A DNA stretch of 64,000 nucleotides from Minutocellus sp. GHC0000111 (GCA_977018835.1 OZ361258.1:3844001-3908000), one strand, 5' to 3'; counted from the first letter of the stretch, positions 23,829 to 38,978 are shown. Notes: generated by a model from the sequence alone, not told the origin. Translations and numbers: made by a program.

Positions 23829-26139
23829 ATGAAGCTCGCCGTCGCTCTATCCTACATCGCTCTCGCGAGCACGCTCAAGGGCATAGTCGTGGACGCGCAG
23901 GGACAAATGGTAAAGATGTGGTAAGTTCATGAATCTCAACATCACAATTGATATTGCTACGTAGCTAGCAAGATAGTATTCCTACTTTCGTACCATTTAT
24001 TTCTCCGTTTATTTGTGCGTGTAGCTGCGTTGTCAAGTTGATCATCTCCATGCATCTATCACAAGCATTTCTCCTGGGGGATTTGTCATGCATCTGTTTG
24101 TATTTCGAAGGAATTGAAACGAAAATGATTCGACCAAAATGCATGTGCTCACATTTGTTTTAATTATCTTGGCACGCACCAAAACATCCGCAAACTATCT
24201 TCACAGTCTATTCTACGATTCTCCGTCCGGCCATGCTCAAAGCGATCCCATCATTGATCAACAATGTGCCTCAGGACATGTGCACACATTTTATGGCCGC
24301 AGGAATTCCATCCCAACACAACGTACGAAGATCTCTTGGCCATATCGCCTCAGTTCAGTACCAGCCCCTTTGTGGAGAACCAGTCTCTGTACTGGCATCC
24401 AGCGATATATCGGGTTACTAATACTGGCGGCATCGAAACTTTCACCAGAGTCAACAACCTGGAGAGTTCGCCCTACTACCGATGGGACAACAGTGTCTTT
24501 GATGATAATGCAACTCGAAAGACCGAGGCATTCCCACCCCACTTCCGCTACATCGCCGCTAGCAGTGACCCTGGAGCAAACAATGGAGGGGAGACCGGAG
24601 AGAACATGTTCACAGAATGCTGCAACATTGTCAATGGCGAAGAGGACTGCATCTCGTGGAACAGACTGGAATTTCCAACGCAGACCTGTGACTTCTTGGG
24701 CATCGCTCTCGGTGAGTTACAAATACATGTAATAGATTTCGCTTCACATGTTGAATGCCATATTATTCTCAATGCTCTCTAACATCTTATTTCCTCTTCT
24801 CATAAATGGATGACTCCATTTTTAGTTGGGCCCACTTGTTGGAACGGCGATCTCGGCATCACTAATGACCACAAGAATCACATGGCCTACACACTGGATG
24901 GAGAAGTTGCGGGGCCTTGCCCTGCATCCCATCCACGTCGTCTTCCGCAGGTCCAGCTGTTTGTGCGAATCCCTGATTATCAGGGAGGCAGGTATCAGCT
25001 ATCAGACGGCAACACCGAGTTTCATTTCGACTTCTTCAACGGTTGGCAGGAGGGCAAGCTTCAACAAATCATTGACAATTGCATGCCTCAAGAGCAAGAG
25101 ATCGGCGAATACAACCCCGAGTGGTGAGTGGCTCTCTCTCTCTGATACAAGGCTATACGTTGATTGTCCTGTCTACATTCGTAATTATGTTGCTCACATG
25201 TGTTTTTCTATCGTCTACATGTATAGTGATTGTGCCGCTGGTGAGGACGAGCAAACCTTCCTCACCCCCAAGGATGAGTCCCCCGGGGCTGTTTGCGATA
25301 ACGCCGTTCGTCGTCTAATTCTGAACGAGGCGACAGACGTAACGGCGAGTCTGCCCCAGGATGCCTGCCAAGGACCACCTCTTATCCCTAAGTCCTGGGA
25401 TACGGTGACCTCTGATCTTTATTCCTGCGAAGTTCCGCCCACGGGAACGCCAGTTACCCCACTGCCTCCCACGCCTTCTCCACCGGTCATTACGCCCGTG
25501 CCACCCACGCCTTCTCCACCGGTCAGTACACCTGTACCACCTACCCCTGCACCACCCACGCCGGTCCCTGAGCCTCCCGAGGAAGAAGAGGAGGAATCCC
25601 TCGAGCGCTGGATCGTTTGTGGCAGAGGAGTCGACGATGGGCCGGCATTTTGTGAGGAGGGAGATGTGAATCTTGTGTCAGTAGGTGAAGTCCATGAAGT
25701 ACGTTGCTGTGTCTACGAAGACGACTTTTGGGAGGCATTCGACGAGGACCCTTTTGACGAAGGGTGGAAACAACAGTGCCGCGATGACGAATTTATTGAC
25801 GTCCTTGGTAAGTCCAAGTTTGAAGGTGAATGTTATGAAGAGAACTTCAATACAGCGCGTTTCATTTGTGCTGAGGCCGGTGGTCGTCTTTGCAGTGCAG
25901 AAGAGCTTATGAACTCATGCACCAGAGGAACCGGCTGTGGGCATGATCATGAGATGATCTGGACCTGTACGGAGGAATATGAGTTCTGCGAGGAGGCCAA
26001 TGAATGCTGCTCCGGCATTTGTATCGATAATGAATGTGAACCCTGGACCTGTACGGAGGAATACGAACCTTGCGATGGTGACAAGGAATGTTGCTCTGGT
26101 ATTTGTACCGGAGATGGCGAGTGCGAGCCATGGCGGTAA
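23829..26139 (+). CDS. Secreted DUF1996-domain protein with Pro/Thr linker and Cys-rich C-terminal modules; exons 23829-23920, 24207-24711, 24826-25123, 25227-26139; frameshift near 24296
   Basis: Signal peptide 'MKLAVALSYIALA'. DUF1996 motifs 'DPII...SGHVHTFYG', 'NQSLYWHP', 'PTCWNG', 'CPASHPRRLP', 'FHFDFFNGW'. C-terminal 'HEVRCC' and 'RLCSAEEL...GTGCGHD'. Confidence 0.8.
25960..26133 (+). repeat. Two tandem ~84-bp coding repeats (six-Cys modules)
   Basis: TGGACCTGTACGGAGGAATA at 25960 and 26044. Translations WTCTEEYEFCEEANECCSGICIDNECEP and WTCTEEYEPCDGDKECCSGICTGDGECEPW. Confidence 0.85.
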
Positions 26140-26299
26140 ACAGCATTCAACAAAATGCTGCGGAAGATATTCATTCATAGCTCGTTCAATACATGATTTT
26201 AGAGAAAATAATGCATAGCAGTAGTGACAACGTACCAAGAAATAATACATACTAGCTAGATCTATCTAGCTAGAGTAGTGACCACATACCTTGCTCGAG

Positions 26300-27886
26300 C
26301 TACGTCGTAGCGCCCTTTGTCTCCGACCTTCTCAACGCAATGTCTGCATACTTTTGCCAATCACTGCGATACGCGAGCACGCCGTACAAAATTGCCAACA
26401 TTACATAACCAATCGCCATTCCCGAGTACAACCCGATGAGGTCATCTCTCCAATACTTGGTTAAAAAGTAAACACCAGGGACCTGGCCAAACCAGCTCGC
26501 TGCAAATCCATACCAAAACACCTCTGCCGTTCTCCCCATACTCATCGGAATCTGTTCGATCGCGACAGAAAGATTCATGAAGAACAAAGTGCAGGTGAAA
26601 GGAATTGCAGAGGCTTCGAACATATCTAAGAACTCCTTGTCTTGAGTAAATATCATCCCCAAAAGGCGAATGTTGGTGACTACTAGAAAAGATATTGCCA
26701 ACAGAATCGACAGAGCCACAGAAAAAAATCACGATCCCCGCCTGCCTGGCACAGGCTGCGTCTCCACCGCCGAGTCGTAAACTCATTTTGACGCCGCCTG
26801 CATTTGCAACTGCGCTGACTAGTATCAAAACTATCCACATGATGCGGTAGGAAGTATTAAAGACACCAACTTCCAATTCACCCAAATTTGCTGCTATCAT
26901 GCCGATGACACCCATGCGCCAGAAGTCAGAAGCAGCTGCTAATGCAGCTGGAAAATATAGACCTGAAAATGTCTTGATCCTCTCGATTGTGATGGAAGAT
27001 CGGCTCCACCCATCCCAACACTTTTTGTGCAAGCTTTGGCGATGACATGCAATGTACCACAGTAGAAACCCCTGGACATAAACAACTGTTGTAGTAACCC
27101 ATGGGCAGGACACGAATCCAAATCCAGAGAAGTTTGGTATTGGAATTCCAAGTACAAATATCAACCCAAAGAGCAAGTTGAGCCCCAACGCCGACGACGA
27201 TGCAATCACTTCTGGGTGCATAATTCTCTGCGACGAAAAGAACTGGCTCAATTGGCCGTAGGCAATTTGGGCAGGAATACTCACAGCCAGCACAGACGCA
27301 TAATAGCCGGCATCGGAAGTGATCTCATCCCCTTGGCCAAGAGCGCGCCAAACATACTTGGTCGATAGCCAACATGCAATTACCGGTATCGACAACAAAC
27401 TGAGAATGAAGTAGCTGACCTGCAGATAAGCTCCGGCCAGCTTTGGATTATTGGCTCCCACTGCCTGGCCCACCAACACCCGAAGAATCCTGCCGTTGAC
27501 CAAGACCCCAGAGCACATCGTCCAGAGATCTGAAAGCGCGCTAGCTGACAAGGCCTCGGCTCCAACATGGCCCAGCAAAGAAGTATCGGTTGTCTTCATT
27601 CCAATCCAAGAAACCATGGCGACGAAAATTGGGATAGCCAACTTGATTGTGTCCCAGACATCATGAAGAAAAGATTCATGATGGGGCGATTCGGCTTGTG
27701 TTGTGGCATCAGATGATCCCATAAGGGCTGTCGTTTCGGATTGAACCACATCATCTTCAATGTGAGTATCCTTCGGCAACTCGACCACCCCGCCCTCTAC
27801 GTCACCGCCTTCGCTGCTACCCTTCATCGCAACTACTGGTACGTGCTGTTGCTGACCTTGTTTCACCTCGTTCGCGAACCAGCCAT
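26300..27886 (-). CDS. MATE family efflux transporter; frameshift in the A7 run at 26722-26728, and possibly a second near the 5' end
   Basis: 'KLAIPIFVAMVSW...TDTSLLGHVG..ALSASAL', 'VGQAVGANN', 'FFSSQRI', 'W.GWS', 'LGGGDA..AR', 'LIGLYSGMAIGY'. Removing one T joins the two ORFs. Confidence 0.85.
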
Positions 27887-28211
27887 GGTGGGAGGCAGAA
27901 TTTCGTATCTTTCCTAAATCAGCGTCCGTCCGTCACACAAAATGAAATGAAAAGGCTGGGAGTGCACGGAGGTGGGAGAGGTGCCAGCTCATTGCATGTG
28001 CGTCTTTTATACCAAAGTAAGAAGATCAACCCTTGGATGGAGTAGAGCTGCTCATCGAAATTTCGTTCTTAGGCGTCGATTATTTGATTATGCATTTATT
28101 TGTGGGAGTCGACAGGGTTGGTTGCATCACATGTAAAATTTCGTTTCTTTCCACCACTGAACCCAGTCGATCGACAAGAAGAATCTGCTCAGTAAATCCA
28201 TTGCGCCAAAG

Positions 28212-28550
28212 ATGGCATGTTTGAGGAAGATCCTGCTATCCCAAGCTGCTGTTCTGGCATACTACTGTGTTCTAGTTTTGATTGGCTTTCATGTGGGCCT
28301 TCATCACCTCCCTCCCTATCTCATAGATTCATCTCTCATCGGACTCCGAGGTTGTACTAGTAAAATCCACGTCCAAAATGTGAGCTTGGTAATTTCCGAA
28401 GAAGCGACAGAAGTACGAGTTATTGAATCAAATCAAGGAGAAAGTAAAGATATCAACGCACATATGCTAGTGTCCTCTATAGCATCTTTGGGTGGAAACG
28501 ATGCTCCTTCGATGGAAGACGATGTGTTTTCTTTTGATGTGGCCGTCTGA
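28212..28550 (+). other. Short ORF with hydrophobic N-terminus, possible truncated gene remnant
   Basis: ATG-initiated 112-aa ORF with a signal-anchor-like stretch 'AAVLAYYCVLVLIGF'; no recognised domain. Confidence 0.2.
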
Positions 28551-28671
28551 ATAGATCTAATTGGGTCTTTTGAGTACCGGTACATTTTTTCATTGTAGTA
28601 AGCACTTATTATATATGCCATTTCTTATGAATATTGCTTCCCTGTAGCTTGATTTAGCATAAAAATACAAG

Positions 28672-30348
<1,677 letters not shown>

Positions 30349-30700
30349 CTATGCTTGAAACTCCACAAGTCCCAACGTCTGGCTGAATGAATTCACCTGT
30401 AACTAATGATCATAAGCAGCGACGGTCACTGTCAAAGTTATCTTTGGGGTAAACACGGCAATAAATCAACGCGGACTCAATTCGAGGGCATCGACTGAAT
30501 TTGCTCGCATTGTCAGCTAAATTGGTGCGCGTTGTGCCGCTTCAATGACGTACGTACAATGCCCGTAGAACTTACGAACGAAAGTTCCGCGCTACTACGT
30601 AGTACAATGGATGGGCGCAGCAAGGGGCAGCAGCATGCGGCAAGTCGAAACAAAGCCAACAAGTCAAGTCATCTCATCCGCGCCATAAGACCATCCCACC

Positions 30701-31540
30701 ATGCCAGTCACACCTCTTATTGTATTCACGTGCACCTACTATCCTAGTGTGACGGATCTGCGCTACAAACAGTTTCTTGAAACTCTCGAGGCCGCCCAGA
30801 AACACGAGCTGTGCATCGTGGTTGTGGATGGATCGCCCGATGCTGGTCACCATGAACTCAACGGCACTTATGGCGGGAAAGATGACATCGTCATTGTCAA
30901 ACAGACGTATCAAGGAGGTAAGGGCGCCGCATTGCGCGAGGCGGCAGACGTCGCCGCTGCAGGTGGGGAGGGGGCGTTTGAGGTTTGCTCGGATACCTTG
31001 CTATGCTGGCAAGAACCCGAGAAGACCGATCAGGTATCACATTGGTTGAAGGTTCTCAATGCATTGACAGAAGCCGATGATGCAGTTGTACCTCGTCGGA
31101 CGACGAAGCTTTTTATGGAGAGTTATCCAATTGAACAATACCACTCGGAAACGTACGGAAATCTTTATCTTGATACGGTCATGAAGGATGCAATCAAACA
31201 GAGCGCTGGCAATACCATGAAGTTGCCCGCTGCGGATACACCGACACCGAGAGGAGTGTCACTCATTGATTGGCACTTTGGACCATTTGCGTTCCGTGCC
31301 AAGCATATCAAATTGTGGAGCACATACAAGGGCAACTCATATGATGCACAGCTGATTCCGATTGTACATGGCATCCGCCGTGGTCTGCGTGTGGTAAGCG
31401 TAGACGTTGATTTTGTTCTTGATGAGCGAATGAGGGAGCAAGAGGAGAATAATGTAGAGTTCATCGAGAAGAGATTGAATCAGCTCAATGATCTTGATCC
31501 AAAGGTCAAAGCGAGTTGGACGGATAACTATTATTGTTAA
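30701..31540 (+). CDS. Putative GT-A fold (GT2-like) protein
   Basis: 'IVVVDGSP', 'GKGAALREA', 'WQEPEK', 'DAVVPRR', 'DWHFGPFAFR'; intact 279-aa ORF. Confidence 0.6.
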   Translation: MPVTPLIVFTCTYYPSVTDLRYKQFLETLEAAQKHELCIVVVDGSPDAGHHELNGTYGGKDDIVIVKQTYQGGKGAALREAADVAAAGGEGAFEVCSDTLLCWQEPEKTDQVSHWLKVLNALTEADDAVVPRRTTKLFMESYPIEQYHSETYGNLYLDTVMKDAIKQSAGNTMKLPAADTPTPRGVSLIDWHFGPFAFRAKHIKLWSTYKGNSYDAQLIPIVHGIRRGLRVVSVDVDFVLDERMREQEENNVEFIEKRLNQLNDLDPKVKASWTDNYYC

Positions 31541-31646
31541 TCGATCAATTACTGGTAGGTGCAGATTCAAAGTACCACATGTAGTGAGCAGAACATAGCG
31601 TCATAAGCATTCTTCTTTTTCATTTGGACTTGTTGCTCGATCGTCT

Positions 31647-33212
31647 TTAATGCATGCTCCCAAGACCAATCAGCGTGGCGAGCAGAAGGGTGGAAAGAAT
31701 GCCAGCTACCTGTGGAGTGGACGAGGCTGGAGACGAGTCAGACATCGCAGCCTCCTTGTCCTCGCCCTTGGCCTCGTATCCATAAATGTCAAACAGCTCC
31801 TGCTCACTCAGAGTGGTGGCAGCAATGCCCATCGCACCACGCCAGCTACTATTCAAAGCAGTTCCCGCTGGTAGTGCAGCCGATGACTTGGTCTGGAGAG
31901 TAAATCCACCATCAAAAGGAGCTTTTGGGGTGGTGCCGTACTCCAAGACCTCGTGAATGCCAATACTGACAGTTCCTTGATTCTCGGTGTACAAGTAGAA
32001 CGATCCGTCAAGCTTTGTTCCCATCTGAAATACATCTGCCGGGATAGTTCCATCGCCGGTTGGTGAGGTGCGAAGAAATTCCAGCTCTCCGGACCTGGTG
32101 ACGGTGCCGATGGAAATGGAATCACTGACAAAGTTGCCGGTGTACCAATGGGCGAAGCGATATTCAATCCAGCATCCGTCGACGACCTCGATGGGGACTT
32201 CGTCGATCTTGACAATAGACAAGTCCGTGGCGTTGCTCTCAGATGTGGAAGAGATAATCTGCAATGAGGTTACGGAGCTACGGCAACTAACATCTTCGTC
32301 GCATTCAGGGAAGTTCTTGGATTCCCCAGCGATGCTGACAACGAGGACGATCTGGTTGGTCGTGCCCTCTTCCCCAGCTCTCCAGCTGAAGGCAAATGGG
32401 AGAGTCTCATCGGGCAAGGGGAAGAACTCAGGTGTTCCATAGGTACTGCTACTGTCCTCTACAGGAAACGACCAGAATCCAGCTGGTGGGACGGTGTAAC
32501 CAGCAGCGATTTCTTCGGGGCTGAGGGTGACATTACCCTTCATAATAACGCCGAGTTGAAGACCATCTCCGGAGAAGAGAATATTTCCAGGTCCAAACAC
32601 TGCAGATACGGCATTGTCCCTTCCTTCTCGAGGGGGTGAATTGAAGCCAAAGTTATGCACAAAGCTCGGTTCTAGAGCAAACGATGTGTCACCTTCTTGG
32701 CCATCTTGGGAAGAATGACCGGCTACAATTTTGAAGCACTCAACCATGACGCTGCCAGCGCAATCGGCGGTGCAAACCTTGTTCTCAAAGGCAGTGATAC
32801 TTCATGGATAGATACCTCCGAGAGCCTGCACAGACTGTAGTGTCAGTTCGAGTGTCGTTGGGTCGACTGATAACAGGGAAATTGTATTATCACCAGCGTT
32901 GACAGCGGTGAGGAACTGAGTGCCGTCCCAGAAGTGGTACGACATGGAGTTGGACGACCCCAGATCATCGAGGTTGTCTGGGTCAGTTGGATCTGGGTTT
33001 CCAACGCCACCAGTCTGGTAGGTACCGACATATGACAAGCTCCCATCAGGCAGCGAGCGATAACTGGCGATTTCATTCTCAGGCATTCGATTGCTCATCT
33101 GGAAGACGCCTTGGGCTGGTCGAGTTTCCCACAAGGCCGCAGAAGCGGCTCCAGGGAACATGGCAAGAGCCAGCAGGACTACGCGCGCCGACGAAGACGG
33201 GAAGGAGAACAT
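31647..33212 (-). CDS. Secreted lactonase/3-carboxymuconate-cyclase-like beta-propeller with probable GPI anchor; one in-frame TGA at 32804-32802
   Basis: Signal peptide, then 'MSN...NEI..Y....DGSL...G...TGG.G', 'LTAVNAGDNTISLL', 'FS.DG..L', 'GCW'. Hydrophobic C-terminus after a Ser-rich spacer. The two ORFs are in one frame across the TGA. Confidence 0.7.
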
Positions 33213-33702
33213 GTTGGCTATTGCTGTTTCGAGTTGCTGTTTTATGCTTTGTGGCCGAAGTACGACGTATGCAAGCCGACCCAATCCTTCAATGGCTCTC
33301 AGGTGGTCTTCTTCGGACTTTTTCGCGTCTGTCAAAAAGTGCTCACGGTCCGAAAAGTCGCAGACGCACTGTATGTGCGACAGACGGACGAAAATCTGGG
33401 CGAAAGCTACGTAGGTACGTAGCTACTACGTAGCAAAGCTGGTCGGCACACCGTCCCTTGCTCGGCAGGTATCTCCTTGTACCGGTACCGGTAGTCTGCG
33501 CGAACAAATACATATACATATTTTAGACTTATCAAAACGAATACCGGTACTATCAAAGAAAACACATAAAGGGTTAGCATCCTTTCTTCGATTAATCAAA
33601 GGCCAAGAACTTTCGTCGCATATCTGCATCGAGCTAGCTTTTCGTATTTCTCTCAGCTTCAAGCCTCCGATCATTATGCTGCTGCAGATTCTAATGCGAT
33701 GG

Positions 33703-36244
33703 CTATCGGTTGCTTTTCCTCCTTCCCGACAAGCCAAGTTTCGTCGATATCCAAGCCGATGTCCTCCAACTCGTCAAGACTGCACGGACGAACCAAAGGG
33801 CAAGAAGCCTGGCAACCGGTCCATCACCAAAGCTGGCAATGTGTTCCGCGCAGGAGGAAGACGCATTTACCGCCTCAAGGTCGATACAGTTTTCAACGGC
33901 GGCATCCGATGATGTTTCCGAGCTGCTCGAGGATGTGGTTCCGGTCAGGAAGGATTCGTTCAGAGTGCCAGATATCGAAGGGAAGAAGGGAGAGTTAATT
34001 TCGTTGCTACCAGTGGGGCTGCTCCCACCGCCCGATCGCGGGGGTAGGGAGGGTCGTTGTTGAGAACTGGCTTGTTTCAGGTCTTCGATGACAAAGGCCG
34101 GGCGGCACGAGGCGGCATCCTCGTCCTTGCCAAAGGCTGCGAGGGCAGTCTTCTTGGACACGCCGGTGGGGATGTTGGCCGAGGCCGCGGCTCGCTGCAT
34201 GCGAAGGATGACGGGCATGACCATCACCTCTTGCATCCAAAGGTACACGCCGAGGAGGTGAGACATGATCCGAAAGACCGCGATGAAGAATATTTCCACC
34301 AAGCCCAGCCCGTACGGGCGGGGCAATCGACCGCCACGGAAGGAGTCTGGATTGACATATGCCTCGTCTCTGCGATAATGACATCCCCCGTGGACCGAAT
34401 AGAACTCCTCGATAACATCGTCGTAGTTGCGCAGCATCTGTTTGGATACGGACGACGTTTCGAAGTTTAGACTCATTGGTCGGGATGCCGCCGCCAGCTC
34501 TTTCCGTTTGGCACCATCGACGACGAGGCTCCGAGTGGCATGGTAGTAGGCATCGAAGCCACCGGTGGAGATGGCGTGACCGTTCACGCCATCCTCCACG
34601 AGGTGGCCGGAGCAGCCCCCATCGACGATCAGGGGCAGACCCGACGCGGCCGCCTCGAGGGTGACGTTGCCAAAGGTCTCGACCGATGAGGGGAAGAGGA
34701 AGACGTCCGACGAGGCGTACGCCACGGCGAGGTCCGGTCCGGACAGCCAGCCCAAACACGTGGTGCGGGGCAGAGCCTTCATCTCGTCCTGATACGGACC
34801 AGCACCGACGACGAGGGCGTGGAATCGGACGCCGCTACTGCCACTGGCACTTCTCTTCTCAGCTGCCAACTTCCGCACGACGTCGGCAAATATATCCGGC
34901 CTCTTCTCCGGCACCAACCGTCCCACAAACAGTATGACGACCTCGTCGTCGTCAATGCCCAACCTCCTGCGAAATTCCCAGCTGCGATGCTTCGGACTGA
35001 AGCGTTCGGTATCCACCCCTCTGCCCCATATTCTCAACTCCGTAATGCAATCCATCCTTTCCTCGGCCATCAATTTCCGCCTCATGAAGGGCGTCGGCAC
35101 GTACAGGGCCTGGAGAAAGTTGTACTGATGTCGAAAGAAGGCATGGATGATGGGCTGCAGCCAGCTCATGCCGGGGTAGTGGTCCATGTAATCGGCAATG
35201 TTGGAATGGAAGGTCCCCAGCAGGGGGAGGTTGCGGTTCCGGGCATAATCCACCACGTGCAGACCGGTGCAGTCGGGGACGGTGATGTGGACGACGGTGG
35301 GGTCAAAGTCGTCCAGCTGGGCGCGGACCGATTTGGAGAGGGAAAACCCCATGTGGTATTGGGTGGTGGGATTTTCCGGATCGAACAGAAAGGGTATGGG
35401 TACGGAATTGTCGAGGAAGAGGACCCGCCGGTTGGGATGGTCGGCCGACAGGGATGGGGCAAGGGCGTGGGTGTTGCCCTCGTCGCCGGAGCGGGTGGTG
35501 AGGATGCACACGGACCCGCCGGACGACAATATCTCCTGCTCGATTTTGCGTATGGTCAGGGTCACTCTGCATTATACAGTTTCATTTTGTGTCATTTCAT
35601 TTATTGAACCATTTCAATTTTAGAGATTGAGATTGAGAAGGACGAAGCAGGAAAGAGAAGGGTGAGATAACTGTGTGGGCTGGAGATGGAGACGAGAAAC
35701 ACTTGGCGGGGCGGTATCGGCAGTAGGAGTGCAGAGCAGTGCGCGGAAGCTTTCAGTTCGGGTGGTGAGATACGCCCCCAGAACGAAAAACAATGGCAGC
35801 ACCAATCGCAATCCATCAACGAGCTATCTGCAATGAATAAAAAGGGAACACATATCTTGCTGGAACAATCAATGAACAAATTGGTGCCATGCGGGTAATT
35901 CAAGGTCAGGTCCTGGCAAATTTCCCTCACGCAGCTCCTTTTTTCTCCCCGGCCTTTTTCATTTTCGGGGGGACGAGCAGTATAAAATAATATACGGATC
36001 CGAAGATAATTTTATATTCCGAAAATCGAAACTCCCCCGAAACCATCGGTTGCAGCGTGCTCCTCTCCCCCCCCTCGGCGAGGTTGGTTATACTAGGAAC
36101 TCACCCGTCGATGACGTTGTAGCAGGTCGTGTAGATGAGGACCCGCCTCGCGCTTGCGTGGGATCCGGCGGAGGCGGCACGGGGCCTCTTCCGGCCGGTG
36201 GACGCCGGGACGGCCTCCGTCGGACCTGCCGCCGACGAGGCCAT
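33703..36244 (-). CDS. GT4 glycosyltransferase (SQD2/mannosyltransferase-like); exons 36244-36105 and 35566-33703
   Basis: Intron 36104(GTGAGT)..35567(CAG) gives 'NVIDG|VTLTIRK'. Motifs 'FDPTVVHITVP', 'WGRGVDTERFSP', 'LFVGRLVPEK', 'YASSDVFLFPSSVETFGNVTLEAAASGLP'. Confidence 0.9.
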
Positions 36245-36607
36245 CGTTCCTCGAAAAATGATGGATGCGAGTGGCCGGAATTCCTTGGCTGTGGCTCGGC
36301 TGGCTCGCACGGGACCATTGTGTTTCTGTGACGTTATATGCGTCAGAAAAATGGCGCAACCGTAACCGAACCTAACCCGCCTTGACCCGCCAACCGTAAT
36401 CCTCGCGAACTCGCGAAACGCTCCCATCTGACTGCTCCCATCCCAGCCAGCATCTCGCTCGTTCCATCCTCCAGTTAAATCCGCCGCCGGTCGTCATCCA
36501 AAGCACGCAGAGAGTTGAGCCGAGAAGTCGCCAGGCGCCGAGGCTGATTAGATTTGCATCAATATCCTGCCATTGATTCTACCCAAAAAAAAGGACACAC
36601 ACATAAC

Positions 36608-38604
36608 ATGCCATCCAAGAAGAAGCAGAGGGCGCAGGAACGCCGGGCCGCCAAAAAAGATGGCGCCAAAAGTAGCACCGGTGGCAGTGCTCGTGCTGCT
36701 TTCGTCGGTGTCGGCGGTGCAGACATCAAGGTTGACACCCCCATGAGCATTCGGCACCAGACGTTGACGGGCAATGCCCTCGGGTCGAATCCCAACTACC
36801 ACTGCAAGCCGGCCAAGCTGCGGTCGGCGCCCAACCTGAGCGTGGAGGCCGAAGCCGTCAAGGCCGGGGTGATGAGCGCAGCTGCCAGCAGTGGCAGGCC
36901 TGGCAACGACCGCGACGGTTCCAGCCCCAACAACAGCAAGATATCTCCTACGCTGCAGCGATTTGCCACGGCCTACCGCCTCATGGACGACCTCGAGCGA
37001 CGTCTCGAACAGAACTATCCCCTGCCCTCCGGCAAGCGATCGAGCGAGATGGAACCCAATGTTACCAAGCTATCTTCCGACGCCACGCACATGACCATCT
37101 GCGTCGACCTTTTGCGCGCCCTGGCCCTAACGGACCATCGGATGGGCATCCCCGCGTCGGTGCTGCGCCATCTGCGCCTTCCCGAGTGCGCCGTCCACGT
37201 GACCAGCCTCAAGAGCCTGACGGCCGGATCGTCCAGCGACGTCGTGCTGGCCAACGTCGGATCGAGAGAATTCATCTGCCTCCTCGTGGCCGCGTTTGTG
37301 TTCGGTACCAGCCCCCACGGACGCCGTTGCGCCCTCCGCATCGTCCATGAGCTGCATACCCATGCCGCGTGGAATTACGACTGGCTCAACGACTTTGCAG
37401 ACTTGAAGGACGTCAAGGGAAGCGACGGCCGTGCCATAACCGAGCGGGAGGTGCGCTTCTCCCTGGCCTCCGTCGCCATCAAGGTGACGAGGGCGGCCTA
37501 TCGGAATGGGCTGGGCCCGTCCGGCGTACCTGGAAGAGCCGGAACCATCCCGGCAGGACCTCCTGGCATCGATCGAGGTGTTTGCCAGGGAGCAGATCGA
37601 ATTCGGTTCCGGCTGTGGGCTGGGAGAGTTCAACATGGGTTGGGTCGCCTCACAGAGTCCCGCGATCCGCCATACCAACGCCCTCGAGGCAGCGGCCGAT
37701 TGCTTTGAGTGGATGACCAAGTCTTACGAAGCCGCCGATGATTATGGAGATGACTTCCTCCGATCCGCCGCGAGGATTGAGGCGTCATTTTGCCTCGTCA
37801 TTGGTGGCGGTGGAATTGTGGGTACGGCGGGGGGTGACATCGTCGAACGTGATTTCCGTAGCCGAGATGCCAAGATCGCGGACAAAACTATCAAGAGAAA
37901 GTCCAAGGGTGATGGCGGCGATGGATTCGAGGAGGTGCGATCCTTTGACCGATTGGTTGTGCGAGCCGATACTGCTGCAGAACAGAAGGCTCTGAGGGAT
38001 GCCGAAATCCAGCGAGTCGTCGATGGTATTCCTGACACATTCCTTGAACAGGGAGCAGTTCTCCTTATCGAACCTTGGGAGGTTCGAAGGCTGTGGAACC
38101 AAGCCATTGGCCCTTTTGACGAACTAGCGAAGTGGAATCACTCGCACTTTGTCTACGGTGAAAGTCAAGGATGGCAGAGTGTAGTCGACCTTCTCAGGGA
38201 GACGAAGAACAACGCCTACAATCAGTATGAGGCCTGTTCTCACCCTGGCTTCCCGCTCACAGCCGATGGCGGAATTCCTGAATTCTCGAGTGGCCAGGGG
38301 GGCGGTACTTCCACAACCAACAAGAATGTGGCCACATGCCTTTGGTGCGGCAAGAGTGGCTGTGATTTCAAGAGATGCACCAGGGTAAGTGCCAGAGTTG
38401 GACTATGGGTAGCGATTGCTTCATCTATGCTATGTTACATTGCCATGTTTGAGTATGTTCAACTAACCAACATTGTGGCTTGTTCACATGCACGTACCTA
38501 TTGCGCATCTCAATATTGACCAGTGCAAATCGGCAACATACTGTAGCGTTGTTTGCCAGACGGGTCATTGGAAGAAGGGGGGCCACAAAACTGAATGTGC
38601 CTAG
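36608..38604 (+). CDS. Protein with C-terminal MYND zinc finger; frameshift near 37505; intron 38385-38523
   Basis: Spliced C-terminus 'CLWCGKSGCDFKRCTR|CKSATYCSVVCQTGHWKKGGHKTECA*' fits the MYND pattern. ORFs 36554-37708 and 37506-38519 join if one A is removed at CGGAATGGG. Confidence 0.75.
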
Positions 38605-38978
38605 CTAGAAACGTAGCTAGCTAGATACGTAGCTAGCTAGCTAGATAGCTTTGTGGCTGGCTTCGTTGATAGCGATCATAGTTATCCTCTGCATGTATTT
38701 TTGGGAAAACATTTGGAGATCTATCTTCTTTTCCGTTGATTTCTAGAGGTAGAACTATTTTGTAGCTATAACTATACCGAGGTATCGCGCAATCGCAACA
38801 ACTGTTACATGTAGTTGTAGGTTTGGATTACTATCAAATCATTTTTTTAATCATTGTTTGCAACCGCAATTCGTTGCTTTCAATTAATGTCATGAAAAAG
38901 AGTACTGCACTTTGCACGATGCATTCGATCTCGATTCTCTCCACATTTGCAATCGCACGAAGATATTCTTTTATTCTT

